A stretch of 64,000 nucleotides of DNA from an uncultured virus (IMG/VR IMGVR_UViG_3300043775_002819) (Duplodnaviria > Heunggongvirae > Uroviricota > Caudoviricetes), in IMG/VR virus record IMGVR_UViG_3300043775_002819, one strand, 5' to 3'. Position 1 is the first letter of the stretch. The number at the start of each line of letters is the position of its first letter. This document shows, piece after piece, positions 34,137 to 45,025 of the stretch. The notes beneath the pieces are model-generated. The model searched no databases, was not told the origin of the DNA, and saw only the letters and a program-made list of their open reading frames with translations. A program made the position numbers and the translations under genes.

Positions 34137-34649
34137 TTATCTTCCTGTTCTAAGGCCTCTGTCAGCAGCACCTTTAAGTGCCATAACTAAACCAGCAATT
34201 AATACTGCGGTGCTCACAGGACCACCACCCATTTTGTCAACGTAATCGTGAACCGCAATCATAAGGTCTCCAGCATCAGTATAACCCATTGCTTGACTAA
34301 TCATTCCAAGTATTCCTGCTCCCATCATACCAATTCCACCACGAATCATTGCCTTTTCTTTAAAAGATTTTTTTCTATCAGAAATGTCTTCTCTTAAAAA
34401 CATTTCAGTTAGATCTTCTGTTTCAGAATTAACAACCATATCCTCAAGTTCTTCGATTTCGTCACTATCTAATCTTCTTAATTTTCTTTTAAAGAAGTCA
34501 GCAACCGCATGAACGGTGTCTTCTTTTGACATTCCTTCGGATTCTTCATCATCCATTGTAATTGACATCATTTCTTCTTCAGCCTCACGAACAAGTCTTC
34601 TTACTAAAGAATGAAATTCAGATTCTGTAAGTCTAATTTTTCTTCCCAT
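34137..34649 (-). CDS. hypothetical protein with IRLTESE leader
   Basis: Leader family; hydrophobic C-terminus. Confidence 0.7.
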   Translation of the reverse strand: MGRKIRLTESEFHSLVRRLVREAEEEMMSITMDDEESEGMSKEDTVHAVADFFKRKLRRLDSDEIEELEDMVVNSETEDLTEMFLREDISDRKKSFKEKAMIRGGIGMMGAGILGMISQAMGYTDAGDLMIAVHDYVDKMGGGPVSTAVLIAGLVMALKGAADRGLRTGR

Positions 34650-34701
34650 AATTTTTGTTTTGTTTATAAATATTTGATTTCAGATAAAAAACTATTTTTT
34701 T

Positions 34702-35058
34702 TTAAAATTTTTTTACAAAACAAAAAGGTTTTCCATCTTTTATTATTGTAATACCCAATTCGTCAGATGGACTATCAGGATTAAAAATCATATCAACACC
34801 ATTAACTCTTTTTTGTGATTCATCTTTTAACGTGTTTTTATCAAAAGAAACCATGTTTAAATCTGATTTTAACATTTGAGTAAAACAATCAGGTATAATA
34901 TCAGGATCAGGTATTGGTCTTCTATAATCCATTTTATCAGGCTGAACACCGGGTAAATTAGAAAAAACCATTTCGTTAATTTCTTGTCCTCTTTTATACT
35001 CTAAAAGATATTTGATTTGGTTTAATTCTTCGTTGATTTTCATATAAATAAATATCAC
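34702..35058 (-). CDS. hypothetical protein
   Basis: MKINEELNQIKYLL leader. Confidence 0.65.
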   Translation of the reverse strand: MIFIYMKINEELNQIKYLLEYKRGQEINEMVFSNLPGVQPDKMDYRRPIPDPDIIPDCFTQMLKSDLNMVSFDKNTLKDESQKRVNGVDMIFNPDSPSDELGITIIKDGKPFCFVKKF

Positions 35059-35369
35059 ACAAGTAATTCTTCTAAAAAATCCACATACTCAACCCCTCTA
35101 AAAATCATTTCGTCAGAGTATCTTGATCTCATCCATTCTGAAAATTGTTTTATAAACTCATCTCTATGAAGTGGTATAAACTCTGAGAACTCAATTTCAA
35201 GGGATCTAAGAGTCTTAACTTCTTTAGTGGAGGGGTAATATAAGATTTTAGATTTTAAGTCCTCCTCCACCGTGTAAAAGATAAAACACATTTTACCAAA
35301 TATCGTTGACTCTACGGGTATAAGGTCTCCATAGACCAAATCAAATAAACTGGAACTTGCTTTTTTCAC
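35055..35369 (-). CDS. hypothetical protein
   Basis: ORF with TATTTG box upstream. Confidence 0.6.
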   Translation of the reverse strand: MKKASSSLFDLVYGDLIPVESTIFGKMCFIFYTVEEDLKSKILYYPSTKEVKTLRSLEIEFSEFIPLHRDEFIKQFSEWMRSRYSDEMIFRGVEYVDFLEELLV

Positions 35370-35389
35370 AATACAAATATAGAAAATTT

Positions 35390-35860
35390 TTAGATTTCTT
35401 CAATATGTTCTATCCAATCATCACCATAATCACCATCAACAGTGTCTTCGTCAATTGATTCACCTTCAAATGGTTCATATTCACCACTACTTTGTAATTC
35501 ACCTAAAATGGAATTATCTAATGGTATGAAACTTTTCATCTCATTTCTATAAGTATAATTTACCGTTTCCACCCTTTGATAAACATGAGTAATTTCAAAT
35601 GTTCTTAACTCAGGCCTTTTGAGAGGCGATTCGAAATCATCATTCATTATTATAAGTGCCATAAAAAATGTCACATCTTCAAAATCAACATTTGTAAAGT
35701 AAGAAGTTAATTCATCTGTTATAATTTCTGACAACTCTCCAAGGTTATGATTAACATCATCTATATCTTCCAAATACATATTATTGGATTCTAAAGATTC
35801 AATAATGTCTTTGAGAATCGGTATGAGTGCTCTATCAGAATATTTTTGATATGGTTTCAC
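35390..35860 (-). CDS. hypothetical protein
   Basis: ORF in co-oriented run. Confidence 0.65.
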   Translation of the reverse strand: MKPYQKYSDRALIPILKDIIESLESNNMYLEDIDDVNHNLGELSEIITDELTSYFTNVDFEDVTFFMALIIMNDDFESPLKRPELRTFEITHVYQRVETVNYTYRNEMKSFIPLDNSILGELQSSGEYEPFEGESIDEDTVDGDYGDDWIEHIEEI

Positions 35861-35865
35861 AATAT

Positions 35866-36210
35866 TTATCTTAATCGTTGTAATCTATGAATATATCGAT
35901 TTACCTTTGTTTGAGTTTCATTTATCAACTGATAAAGTTCATACATTATTTCGAGTAATTCTCTCTTGTCTCTTCTATCCATATCAGAACTTTGAATTTT
36001 GGAATATAGTTCTTTGATGTTGGAAATAATATCTCGATCGGAGTAAACGTTTTTGATTAAATCTTGCATTATTTCTTCAAGCTCCTCCGAGTAAATTGTA
36101 TATTTATCTTTAAACAAATTACTAAACCAACCTTCTTTTACTTCTTCAGATTCATTTATAACATCAAATACGATTCTATTGATGTCTGATTCTGTTAAAT
36201 TATTTTTCAT
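35866..36210 (-). CDS. hypothetical protein with LTESDI leader
   Basis: Leader family. Confidence 0.7.
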   Translation of the reverse strand: MKNNLTESDINRIVFDVINESEEVKEGWFSNLFKDKYTIYSEELEEIMQDLIKNVYSDRDIISNIKELYSKIQSSDMDRRDKRELLEIMYELYQLINETQTKVNRYIHRLQRLR

Positions 36211-36233
36211 ATTAATAAATACTTCATTTTTTT

Positions 36234-36710
36234 TTATCTTTCAAAAATAAAGTTATCTATTTTTTCCTTTAGTTCGTCACTTAGTTTTATTGAACTTTTG
36301 TCTTTATCTAATGTTACTCTAACATAATCTGAACCAAAAAAGTATTGGAGTTCTTCGGATATACTAGTTGATAAATTATTTTTGAGTCGATATTCATTAG
36401 TAATTGAAGACCCCATCAATTTAGCAGAAACCAAAAACATTTTATCTCCATCAATAATTGTAACATCAACCATTAAATAATCATATAATTCACCAACTGA
36501 GATCATTTGTCTAACCCCTTTGATTTGAAACTGATAATCAAATTTTGCTTTCCAATCGAGACCTATTGAAAGTTGACCTTCGAAAGTAAAAACCATGTCT
36601 TTAATTATCTTATTAACTCGTCTTAATTTTTCTTCTGTGTAAATGTCGGAAACGTAATTAGAAGATTCACTTATGAGATTTAATAAGTTTCTTTTTTTGA
36701 TGGTAAACAT
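36234..36710 (-). CDS. hypothetical protein
   Basis: ORF in co-oriented run. Confidence 0.65.
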   Translation of the reverse strand: MFTIKKRNLLNLISESSNYVSDIYTEEKLRRVNKIIKDMVFTFEGQLSIGLDWKAKFDYQFQIKGVRQMISVGELYDYLMVDVTIIDGDKMFLVSAKLMGSSITNEYRLKNNLSTSISEELQYFFGSDYVRVTLDKDKSSIKLSDELKEKIDNFIFER

Positions 36711-36714
36711 TATT

Positions 36715-37197
36715 TTATGAATTTATGCCAAACTGTTGATTTAATTTTGATCTCCAATCCGAAAACGATGGTGTTGTTACGTTTGTAGAATTAGTTGTGG
36801 TATTTGTTGTGGTAGTATTAGTTTTACTTTGGGTGTTATCGCTACTTTTTATTTGGTTTTGTAAATGTTGTAAAGTTTTAACTGCGGAATCTAACCATCG
36901 TTTTTGGTATTTATTATCGATATTATAGTTTTGTAAATATGATATAGTTTTTGAAATATCAGTTTTACCATTCCACGCCTTATTTGTGAAGTTTTGAAAC
37001 GCGGTTTTTACTTTAGATAAATTTTGACCATACTCAGCCCTTTTAGGATCGGTTTTTTCCAAAGTCGACCAATCCAACGGCAAAAAAGATTCCTCAGATG
37101 AGTTAAAAGTTTTTGCCATATCTTTCACAAAAGTTGATTGCTCATAAAGAAGTTTGATTCTTTTTTTTTCGTCTTCTGTAATTATAAGTCTTTTCAT
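36715..37197 (-). CDS. hypothetical protein with ITEDEKKRI leader
   Basis: Leader family; Thr-rich tail. Confidence 0.7.
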   Translation of the reverse strand: MKRLIITEDEKKRIKLLYEQSTFVKDMAKTFNSSEESFLPLDWSTLEKTDPKRAEYGQNLSKVKTAFQNFTNKAWNGKTDISKTISYLQNYNIDNKYQKRWLDSAVKTLQHLQNQIKSSDNTQSKTNTTTTNTTTNSTNVTTPSFSDWRSKLNQQFGINS

Positions 37198-37204
37198 ACC
37201 CTAA

Positions 37205-38113
37205 TTAGGCTGTTGGTGGTTGTTGTCCTTGAGCTCCTGCTTTGAATCCAGCAACCGCTCCTTTTATTCCTTGACCTAATCTTTGAAATGCCGTGTCGGC
37301 AGCCATTCCAAGTGCGGTTCTAATATCTGATTTTAATGCCTTTGTTGTTTGATCACCACTTTTCTTTTCTAAATTATCTAAAGCCTTTTCTCTCTGATCT
37401 GGCGGAAGTTTTAGAATATACTCTCCTGCCGGTGATTTTGACCATGTGGCAACTTCTTTTTGTTTCGCAGGATCTAATGAACTAATATTTGGCATAAGTT
37501 TTTTTGCTTCTCCAACAGGGTCTTGTAATGTTGTTGAGTTTGATCCGGCTGCGGGTGCAGCACCTCCTTGTGGAGATGCGGTTAAACTAGGTGACGATAC
37601 TTTCATTGAGGACGCCGGTTTTACATCAAGTTTATCTCCTTTAGCCCAATTAAGTTTGCTGATGGCGTCAAATGATTTAGTTCCTGGTTTAGCCTCTGTA
37701 AAATCTTTGAACTTACCCTGTTTGAAAAGTTTTTGTAAATTTGGTGATACAGCGTCCGCCTTAATTTTAAAGAAGTATTTGTCACCTTCTTTTTTATAAT
37801 CATAATCAAGATCATGTAACATTATTGTTTTTTTATCGGGTGTTGCTCCTGCCGCTGGGGTCGCTCCTGCCGCTGGAGTCGCTCCTGCCGCTGGTGCTGT
37901 TTGTGTTGGGATATTAGACACTGAGGATTGAGGTGTAACCGCTCCTACAACAGGAGTTCCTTGGTTTCCTGTAACAGCATCTACATTTGGTTTATTGGGA
38001 TCTACAACCGGTGCGGCTTGTTCAAAAACATAATTTTGTTTAGTTGCGGATTTGTGCATGTTTAAAATCCGATTTTTTTCATTTTCCGATAATACAAATA
38101 AATTCTTTTTCAT
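37205..38113 (-). CDS. hypothetical protein with LSENEKNRIL leader and AAGATP repeats
   Basis: Leader family; low-complexity linker. Confidence 0.7.
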   Translation of the reverse strand: MKKNLFVLSENEKNRILNMHKSATKQNYVFEQAAPVVDPNKPNVDAVTGNQGTPVVGAVTPQSSVSNIPTQTAPAAGATPAAGATPAAGATPDKKTIMLHDLDYDYKKEGDKYFFKIKADAVSPNLQKLFKQGKFKDFTEAKPGTKSFDAISKLNWAKGDKLDVKPASSMKVSSPSLTASPQGGAAPAAGSNSTTLQDPVGEAKKLMPNISSLDPAKQKEVATWSKSPAGEYILKLPPDQREKALDNLEKKSGDQTTKALKSDIRTALGMAADTAFQRLGQGIKGAVAGFKAGAQGQQPPTA

Positions 38114-38170
38114 AAAACTTTTTTTTATAAATAGTTTTATAAATGTAAAATTCTTTAAATAATGAAAAAA

Positions 38171-38542
38171 TTATTTAACCTCTTGGACCGCACATTTCCA
38201 TTCAGACTTTTCATATTCGTCCACGGATTTGTGACCACATTTAGTTGCAACATTTTTTTTCTGATCTTCAGTCTGTTTTTCCCATTCAATAACTTTACCA
38301 TCATTACCTTTAATTGATTTTGGTCCTGATGCTTTTACCATAGGTTTAATTGGAGTTCTTGTTGAACTACTAGATGGTGTGGTAGGTGAATCCGCTGGAG
38401 CGGCAGGAGGTGCAGGTGGCGGCGGGGCTTGTTCCTTCAAATATCTCTGTTCTAAGATAAGATTAGATTTTTGTATGTTTTGTGTTTTTCTTTTGTTGAG
38501 ATACATGTTATTATTTTTTAATTCACAATATTTTTTTAACAA
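38171..38542 (-). CDS. Pro-rich hypothetical protein
   Basis: NLILEQRYLKE motif. Confidence 0.65.
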   Translation of the reverse strand: MLKKYCELKNNNMYLNKRKTQNIQKSNLILEQRYLKEQAPPPPAPPAAPADSPTTPSSSSTRTPIKPMVKASGPKSIKGNDGKVIEWEKQTEDQKKNVATKCGHKSVDEYEKSEWKCAVQEVK

Positions 38543-39204
38543 GGAACACTTGATTGAGCTCCAGATCCATCCTTACAACAATATTCTAACTTTTTATTCA
38601 CATTATTTATTGTTGGTATATCAGTAAGAGCATATGCGCAAAAAGATCTTAAAAATCCCTTAGGATTTGCCTGAGTTATAACCGAAGTTTTATAATTTCC
38701 AACCCAAGCAGGAACTGCGGTAAATTCATTAGGTTTGGCGGCATTAACATTCAACCCAACTGCGGTAGCTGAATTATCCAAATCTACACAATTATATCTA
38801 TATTTTATATTTCCTTTATATGTCATACCATCATATAATTTTTTTGTAAACTCAATTGTTTTTTCATCAATTTTAACTGGAAGACCTGCTTTGTTTGTTG
38901 TTGCAAATTGAGGTGCTTGTTGTGCTTCGGATTTATAGGCAGTTACTGCCTCGGGTCTACACTGATTTTGGATTCTTGCGGTTACAGAATATACATCCTG
39001 TGGTGAGCCTTGACCTCCTCCACCAACGACTTCTTGATTTCCAGTGTCACCTGTTGGATTTTCGGTTAGTAATGGTTTAACATTACCAAGGTGAGATTCC
39101 AAAAGTTTTTTAAATCTTGAGGTATTCACTAACAGACTACCTTCGTATTGTTCTCTAATTCTATTTTTTTCTTCGTTAGATAAATCGTTTAATAAATGTT
39201 TCAT
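38536..39204 (-). CDS. hypothetical protein with LSNEEKNRI leader
   Basis: Leader family. Confidence 0.7.
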   Translation of the reverse strand: MKHLLNDLSNEEKNRIREQYEGSLLVNTSRFKKLLESHLGNVKPLLTENPTGDTGNQEVVGGGGQGSPQDVYSVTARIQNQCRPEAVTAYKSEAQQAPQFATTNKAGLPVKIDEKTIEFTKKLYDGMTYKGNIKYRYNCVDLDNSATAVGLNVNAAKPNEFTAVPAWVGNYKTSVITQANPKGFLRSFCAYALTDIPTINNVNKKLEYCCKDGSGAQSSVPC

Positions 39205-39236
39205 ACTAATTGTTTAATTATAAATATTATTATAAA

Positions 39237-39923
39237 TTATAAGGTGGTTGATAATGTAATATTATTTCCATTAACATTATAATTTCCTCTGGTTTTTCCC
39301 GTAAAAGGATTTGATTCACGTGAATTAAATGAGTTTGTATTATCCTCACTTGTCATACATGAAAATCTAACCTTATTTAAAACAATGTCAAAAATCCCTT
39401 TGGTTTTATTTTTACATTTTTTATTATAGTTATCAAATCCACTAGGTTTTGTAATTGTTTTACTACGATCTTCGTTTAAAATCGAAATAACGGACGACGT
39501 AATATTTGACTCATATAGATTATTTTCAAAATTACAATAGAATATCATTTCAAATCGTGGTCCCATTTCAAACATAAGTTCAAAAGGGAAATCATATTTA
39601 TCATTAAACTCGTCAACAAATTTTTTTATTTTATTAAAATAATTTTCCAAAACTTCTTCTCCATCTCTATATTTTGAGTCCCACTCTCTTGGGTTTCTAT
39701 AAAATTCCATAAGATGCAAACTATCCCCATCTTTTGAAATTTCAAAATCTAGTCCCCCATAAGAAAAAATGATTCCGTCATCATTAGGATAATGAAAACT
39801 TTCAGAAAGTCTTCTTAATTTTAACCAAATGTTTGTCCAATCGATATCTGAAAACCCTTCGTTTATTACACGTCTAACTACTCTTGTTAAATCTGACTCA
39901 CTCAATCTAACGATTTTTTTCAT
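39237..39923 (-). CDS. hypothetical protein with MKKIVRLSESDL leader
   Basis: Leader family. Confidence 0.7.
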   Translation of the reverse strand: MKKIVRLSESDLTRVVRRVINEGFSDIDWTNIWLKLRRLSESFHYPNDDGIIFSYGGLDFEISKDGDSLHLMEFYRNPREWDSKYRDGEEVLENYFNKIKKFVDEFNDKYDFPFELMFEMGPRFEMIFYCNFENNLYESNITSSVISILNEDRSKTITKPSGFDNYNKKCKNKTKGIFDIVLNKVRFSCMTSEDNTNSFNSRESNPFTGKTRGNYNVNGNNITLSTTL

Positions 39924-40262
39924 AATGAACTTTAATTATAAATATAGTCAAAAGAAAAAAAAGGTTTATTTTGTGGTTGTCTCATTTTTCTTATCGGAGG
40001 GTTTAATAACTTTTTTGAATTTCTTAAACTTAAGTGTATCTTCTGAGATCCCCGAAGAATAGAATTCCCTTATTTTTGGTTTGTTTATTATTTTTGACAT
40101 ACAATTTTAAATATATCAACAAATAAAAACCGACCCTTTTTTTAAGTGATCTATTAAGTAAGACATTATATAAGACAAAATAAAACCCGAAGGGTTCGGT
40201 CGGTAAAAAAAAACCGACGAAGTCGGGATCCGCGGTATATGGCCCCCATTTAAAAGGAAGAA

Positions 40263-40712
40263 TTATCGTTTTTTAGATCTTTTAGGTTTTTTATAATGGT
40301 AGTGATCGAATTCTTTATCAGTATAGGAGATTACCTCATCTGAATCATCATCATACCTTTCTAATTCTTTATATTTTCCTGTAAAATAACTAAACTCAAC
40401 ACAATCACATTTGATACCCGTTTTTGATGTGAAATATTCAAGAACTACTTCTGAAAAAACTTTTTTTCTATTAATGGGAATAAAACTTTCAAAATCATTA
40501 GTAAATTGGTTATCTAATGATAATTCTCTTTTACACCCCTTAGTAATTGGCTCATCATGCCAAAGAGTTGCAAAGTCATCTCCATCAGAAGTTTTAACAT
40601 TTCTATACGAACTTTCTTCTTCGTAAGGATCCACATCGAAACCTTTAATAAAACTATCAAGGAATTTTAAAAGAACTCTTCTATACTGATCTTTAGAGAT
40701 GATTATTTTCAT
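40263..40712 (-). CDS. hypothetical protein
   Basis: MKIIISKDQY leader. Confidence 0.7.
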   Translation of the reverse strand: MKIIISKDQYRRVLLKFLDSFIKGFDVDPYEEESSYRNVKTSDGDDFATLWHDEPITKGCKRELSLDNQFTNDFESFIPINRKKVFSEVVLEYFTSKTGIKCDCVEFSYFTGKYKELERYDDDSDEVISYTDKEFDHYHYKKPKRSKKR

Positions 40713-40727
40713 ACTCTATAAATACTA

Positions 40728-41312
40728 CTACAAACCAAATCTATCAGGATGGATCCAATTGTCTTGGTAACTAGAAGATATTGCGGCTCTATGGTATTCA
40801 CGAGCAAAATATTCCCCCCAACATTCAAATGGTTTAGGATCAAACATATCAATATTATGAATGGGTGTATGTGGGGAAATAAGAGGTCTAAAAGTGATTA
40901 AAATATGTTTATTTAGTTCAGAAATAAAATTCTCAATTTCATTATATATTTCCTCACCTCCGATATACCCATTATAATGTGGGGTTTTATACACTTGAGA
41001 AAATGTTTGTGGAGCATAAGAGGGTAAAGAAATTATATCATAGATTCTAAGTTCCATATAGGTTTGACCATACCACTGAGGATTTTTAATCTTTGGATCT
41101 CGGTGTCTAATAAAAACATCAAACTTCAAACCAGGGTAAGTAGATTCAATAAACTTACCCAACAACTTAAGATATTTTCTATGGATAAGGTATCTAAGTT
41201 TTTCTTCCTCCTGTATTAATTTAAACTCAGAATAAGAACTATAGGTATGACTCATCACATGAGTAGCATACTCATCTCTAAGTTTCATTTCAAAATTCAA
41301 GTTGTGATTCAT
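40728..41312 (-). CDS. hypothetical protein
   Basis: 194-aa ORF. Confidence 0.65.
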   Translation of the reverse strand: MNHNLNFEMKLRDEYATHVMSHTYSSYSEFKLIQEEEKLRYLIHRKYLKLLGKFIESTYPGLKFDVFIRHRDPKIKNPQWYGQTYMELRIYDIISLPSYAPQTFSQVYKTPHYNGYIGGEEIYNEIENFISELNKHILITFRPLISPHTPIHNIDMFDPKPFECWGEYFAREYHRAAISSSYQDNWIHPDRFGL

Positions 41313-41415
41313 AATAAAAATGTAATTTAAATAAATCCACTAATCAAATTAAGGGAAATTTTTTCAAAATTTTTTTTTTAAGATTTCAGTTCTTTTTAAA
41401 AAGGGGGGTCTTGTT

Positions 41416-41835
41416 TTAGAAATCCTCTTCTTTAAAATACAGATCAATAATATCTGAGAATCTTAAACCCATTATTGCGATTCCAAGTTGTTCGGGTATT
41501 TCATTTTCAATATATATATTTCCATTCTCATCAATAAACTTCTCATGATCCCCCACATCTAAATAAAGATATTTTTTCCCGTCAAGTTCAAAAAGATACA
41601 TAGGTCCATATTTGTTTAAATAACGATTAATCAATCCAGGTGAAATATATCCAGCAAATTCCATTGGAATATCATAAGTTGAGGTTATTTGTTGAATGAC
41701 ATTTGTAAAATCAATACCCAACTTGTTTTTTAAAAACTTTTTGTTTTTTTCTAACATAGAGTCATTTTCACGAATCACTCGTTTAACGAGGTTAGTTAAT
41801 TGTCCGTATTGATCTTCAGTTATAATGATTTTCAT
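41416..41835 (-). CDS. hypothetical protein
   Basis: MKIIITEDQY...LVKRVIRE leader. Confidence 0.7.
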   Translation of the reverse strand: MKIIITEDQYGQLTNLVKRVIRENDSMLEKNKKFLKNKLGIDFTNVIQQITSTYDIPMEFAGYISPGLINRYLNKYGPMYLFELDGKKYLYLDVGDHEKFIDENGNIYIENEIPEQLGIAIMGLRFSDIIDLYFKEEDF

Positions 41836-41936
41836 ATTAGATAAATATAATGGAAAATAAAAAACCCCAACTGTTGAGAGATGGGGGATATAATTTATTT
41901 TGGATTAAAAATTATTAGTTAAATAAAAAAATATTA

Positions 41937-42428
41937 TTATGTCATACTCTCACTTCTAAAATTATTAAATGGGTAACCTCTTCTCATAATAATATTTGAA
42001 GTATCTACGTCATAATCATAAGAGTTTAACAACCAATCTTTAATATATTCTCTAGATTCATTAAGATCTAAATTAAAGGCCCTTAAAAATTGATCCATAA
42101 ACCCGATATTCATATAGACCTTGTTTTCTTCTTTATTTGAAATTAACATCATAGTTGGTTTATTTTCATGATAAAAAAACATTTTCCAAGTAGGTCTTAA
42201 TTCATCGGTCATACTATTTAAGTCGTTGAATAAACTAAGGTATTTCATTGGGGTATCAATACCAGACAATTTTTTTAAGTTATCTGAACCCCCAACCATT
42301 CCGGATGATTCTTTCCACCCATCTTCTTTGATCATATCAATTAAACTATCTTTTGTTTCATTTTCTTTGAGAACTTGTTTAATTATATTGGTTAGTTGTG
42401 ATTCAGTAATAGATACAATTTTTTTCAT
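41937..42428 (-). CDS. hypothetical protein
   Basis: MKKIVSITESQL leader. Confidence 0.7.
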   Translation of the reverse strand: MKKIVSITESQLTNIIKQVLKENETKDSLIDMIKEDGWKESSGMVGGSDNLKKLSGIDTPMKYLSLFNDLNSMTDELRPTWKMFFYHENKPTMMLISNKEENKVYMNIGFMDQFLRAFNLDLNESREYIKDWLLNSYDYDVDTSNIIMRRGYPFNNFRSESMT

Positions 42429-42493
42429 AATAAAATTCTTTAGTAATAAATATATGATAAAATAAAACCCCCCCTCTTTAAAAGGAGGGAGAA

Positions 42494-43156
42494 TTAAAAT
42501 TTAGATCCTTTCTTTAGATTATCTTCAGCCCATAGGGGTTGGAAGTTAGTATAATGATTTAATTTAATGACCTCCTCATAAGTGGTGGCAGTTGACAATG
42601 GAATAATGTGATCATAGTGCCATTCCCCGTGATTATCCCAAGTCATCCCCTCCAAGAATAAATTCTCAATGTGAGCTCTGAAACCCATAAAATCAATTCC
42701 CAATATATCATAGGTTTTTGATTTTTTTGTATAACCCCTTCTTTTTACGGATTCCTTTATTGTTTTTCTAAGACGAATTTTGAATTTAAAGATTGGGTCA
42801 TTATCCATTCTTTCTTTTCTTTTAACATTTTTACAGGACTTACAAACCTTTTCATAATTAATCCCGTTTGTTTGAATACGGAAGTTTTCAGTTGTAATTT
42901 TTCTTTCACCACAACAACTACAAGTCGTTAAACACTCTATTTTATTTGGTGTTCTTTTATGTAGGTTTTTAGATCTAAATATTTTATCTCTTTTTCTTCT
43001 TCGTATGTTTGAACACATTTTACAATAACTCTGTAATGTCCCCGACTTTATATTCTTAACATAGAAATCACATTTAAGTTTAGACTCTTTACAATCAACA
43101 CATTTTCTATTTTCCATATAACTTAAATATATAGATATAACATAAATAGGGGTCAA
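42494..43156 (-). CDS. HNH homing-endonuclease-like protein
   Basis: CxxC pairs; MTWDNHGEWHYDHIIPLS...NHYTNFQPLWAEDNLKKG. Confidence 0.85.
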   Translation of the reverse strand: MTPIYVISIYLSYMENRKCVDCKESKLKCDFYVKNIKSGTLQSYCKMCSNIRRRKRDKIFRSKNLHKRTPNKIECLTTCSCCGERKITTENFRIQTNGINYEKVCKSCKNVKRKERMDNDPIFKFKIRLRKTIKESVKRRGYTKKSKTYDILGIDFMGFRAHIENLFLEGMTWDNHGEWHYDHIIPLSTATTYEEVIKLNHYTNFQPLWAEDNLKKGSKF

Positions 43157-43960
43157 TTTTTCCCATAAAATTCTAAAAATTTTTTTTAGTATATATGACC
43201 TTTTTTCAAAAAGGGGGGTCGTGTTTTAGAAAACCTCCACCCTTAATAAGACATAGGGAAAAATATCAATTTTTTTCCAGAAATTTTTTTACGAATACTT
43301 TATAGAGGGGATTGAACCCCCCTTTCCCCTGACAGAATGTCACTTATGGGGGGAATACGGTAGGGGGGAGGGGGTATATAATAAGGTAGGGGCCCATGCC
43401 AAAGAAGAAGGGAGGGAGTGGTTTGTTAATAACTTTAATTGACAATTAAGTGATCCGTTATTTGATCATCTCATTTTTTTTCACTACCTTTGTGTCATAG
43501 ACCGATACGTCAGTTGAGTATTGTAACCTTCATTAACGAGGGGGACCGAGTAGACTCCATCCTGCCTTATAGTTTAGAAACATACAAGCATAAAAAAATT
43601 CCCCACCTATTAGAAAGAGATTAGATTAAAGAACCCCTCGTTAGAAGTTCGTATGTCTTATTTGTTTTAAACCTCATCTTAATCTTTACATGTCACTTGG
43701 ATCATTGATTAACTAATTCCCAACTGTGGGGAAAATAAGATTCTTATTATAAATATATTATTCTTTTAAAAAAGATCAATGGTTTATTTGTTTATGTCAA
43801 AATAAATTTCTATCTTTGTATTGAAGGTGATGATCACATATTCGGGCTGGGGGAGAAACACCTCTTGGAGTGTAGACTCCAATCTGCACTAATATATTAT
43901 TATTGATCCCCCAATATTTAATTTGATGGTGTGAAATAATATTCGTATATTTATATTATT

Positions 43961-44125
43961 ATGATTGATATTCTATATTACTTGGGGATTGTTGTCTCCA
44001 TCTTTTTTGTCCCCCTTTTTATTGGAATGATCTTTTCCATTGTTATGGTTTCCAAGTTCCCCAACTCAAAGGTTTCGCTATGGTTGAAAAAACATATTGT
44101 TACCGATGAAGATCTTGAACCCTAA
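43961..44125 (+). CDS. small membrane protein (54 aa)
   Basis: Read manually; TATTTAT motif upstream. Confidence 0.5.
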   Translation: MIDILYYLGIVVSIFFVPLFIGMIFSIVMVSKFPNSKVSLWLKKHIVTDEDLEP

Positions 44126-44408
44126 GAAGTGAGTGATCTCTTATAAGTTTATTAACCGTCATTAAATCGTCATCACTTAATGGGGAATTGGAATGAATGA
44201 ATTCAATAACGTCTGCCATGTCTGTGTTGATAAGTAACCATGCTTTTTGTTGAAACCTGTTATTGACCTCAATTATTCTATATTCACAAGTTCCCGTCAC
44301 AGACCGAGACTCTGAGTCGAGTGACAGAGTGTCATATCTATAATTGACCATTATGGAACCATTATTTTCACTTACAGTTGTTTCGAATTTGTCTATTAGT
44401 TGTATCAT
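44100..44408 (-). CDS. hypothetical protein
   Basis: Coupled to 44405..45025. Confidence 0.5.
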   Translation of the reverse strand: MIQLIDKFETTVSENNGSIMVNYRYDTLSLDSESRSVTGTCEYRIIEVNNRFQQKAWLLINTDMADVIEFIHSNSPLSDDDLMTVNKLIRDHSLLRVQDLHR

Positions 44409-45025
44409 AGTTTATTACTCTTAGTTAAATTATCTTTAGCCCATAATGGTTGTAGATTAGTGTAGTGTGATAGTTTTTTAAGTTCATCGTAATTTTTAGC
44501 GGAAGATAAAGGTATTATATGATCGATATGCCATTCACCATGATTATCCCATGTCATCCCATCTGTAAACTTATCCTCAATATGTTTTACTAATTCTGTT
44601 GGGGAACACCCAATTAAATCAAATGTTGTGTCTTTTTTAATCCCCCCCGATAATTTTAAAAAATTACGTATTCTACTTCGCACAGTAAATGTTAATTTAA
44701 AAACCTCATCCTCAGTGAATCTTTTTTTCCTGTAATCAGACACAACCTTATTTACTCTATCTTTATTATTCTTTCTATAGTCATTACTATTTTGTATGTA
44801 TTTTTCCCTATTTAATTCATAATGAATTTTTTTTCTGAGTGTGTCTTTCTCCTTATTGTTTGAGACCCAATCTCTATGGTATTCGGGGTTTTCCTCTCTC
44901 CATTTAATGTTCCTATTTTTGATACAATCTTTACATTGATTTCTATAACCATCTTTACAAGGATCACACTTGAGAAATTCGTCAATATTTTTATTTAACT
45001 CACATATGGTGCATATTTTATCCAT
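44405..45025 (-). CDS. HNH homing-endonuclease-like protein (paralog of 42494..43156)
   Basis: MTWDNHGEWHIDHIIPLS...HYTNLQPLWAKDNLTKS. Confidence 0.85.
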   Translation of the reverse strand: MDKICTICELNKNIDEFLKCDPCKDGYRNQCKDCIKNRNIKWREENPEYHRDWVSNNKEKDTLRKKIHYELNREKYIQNSNDYRKNNKDRVNKVVSDYRKKRFTEDEVFKLTFTVRSRIRNFLKLSGGIKKDTTFDLIGCSPTELVKHIEDKFTDGMTWDNHGEWHIDHIIPLSSAKNYDELKKLSHYTNLQPLWAKDNLTKSNKL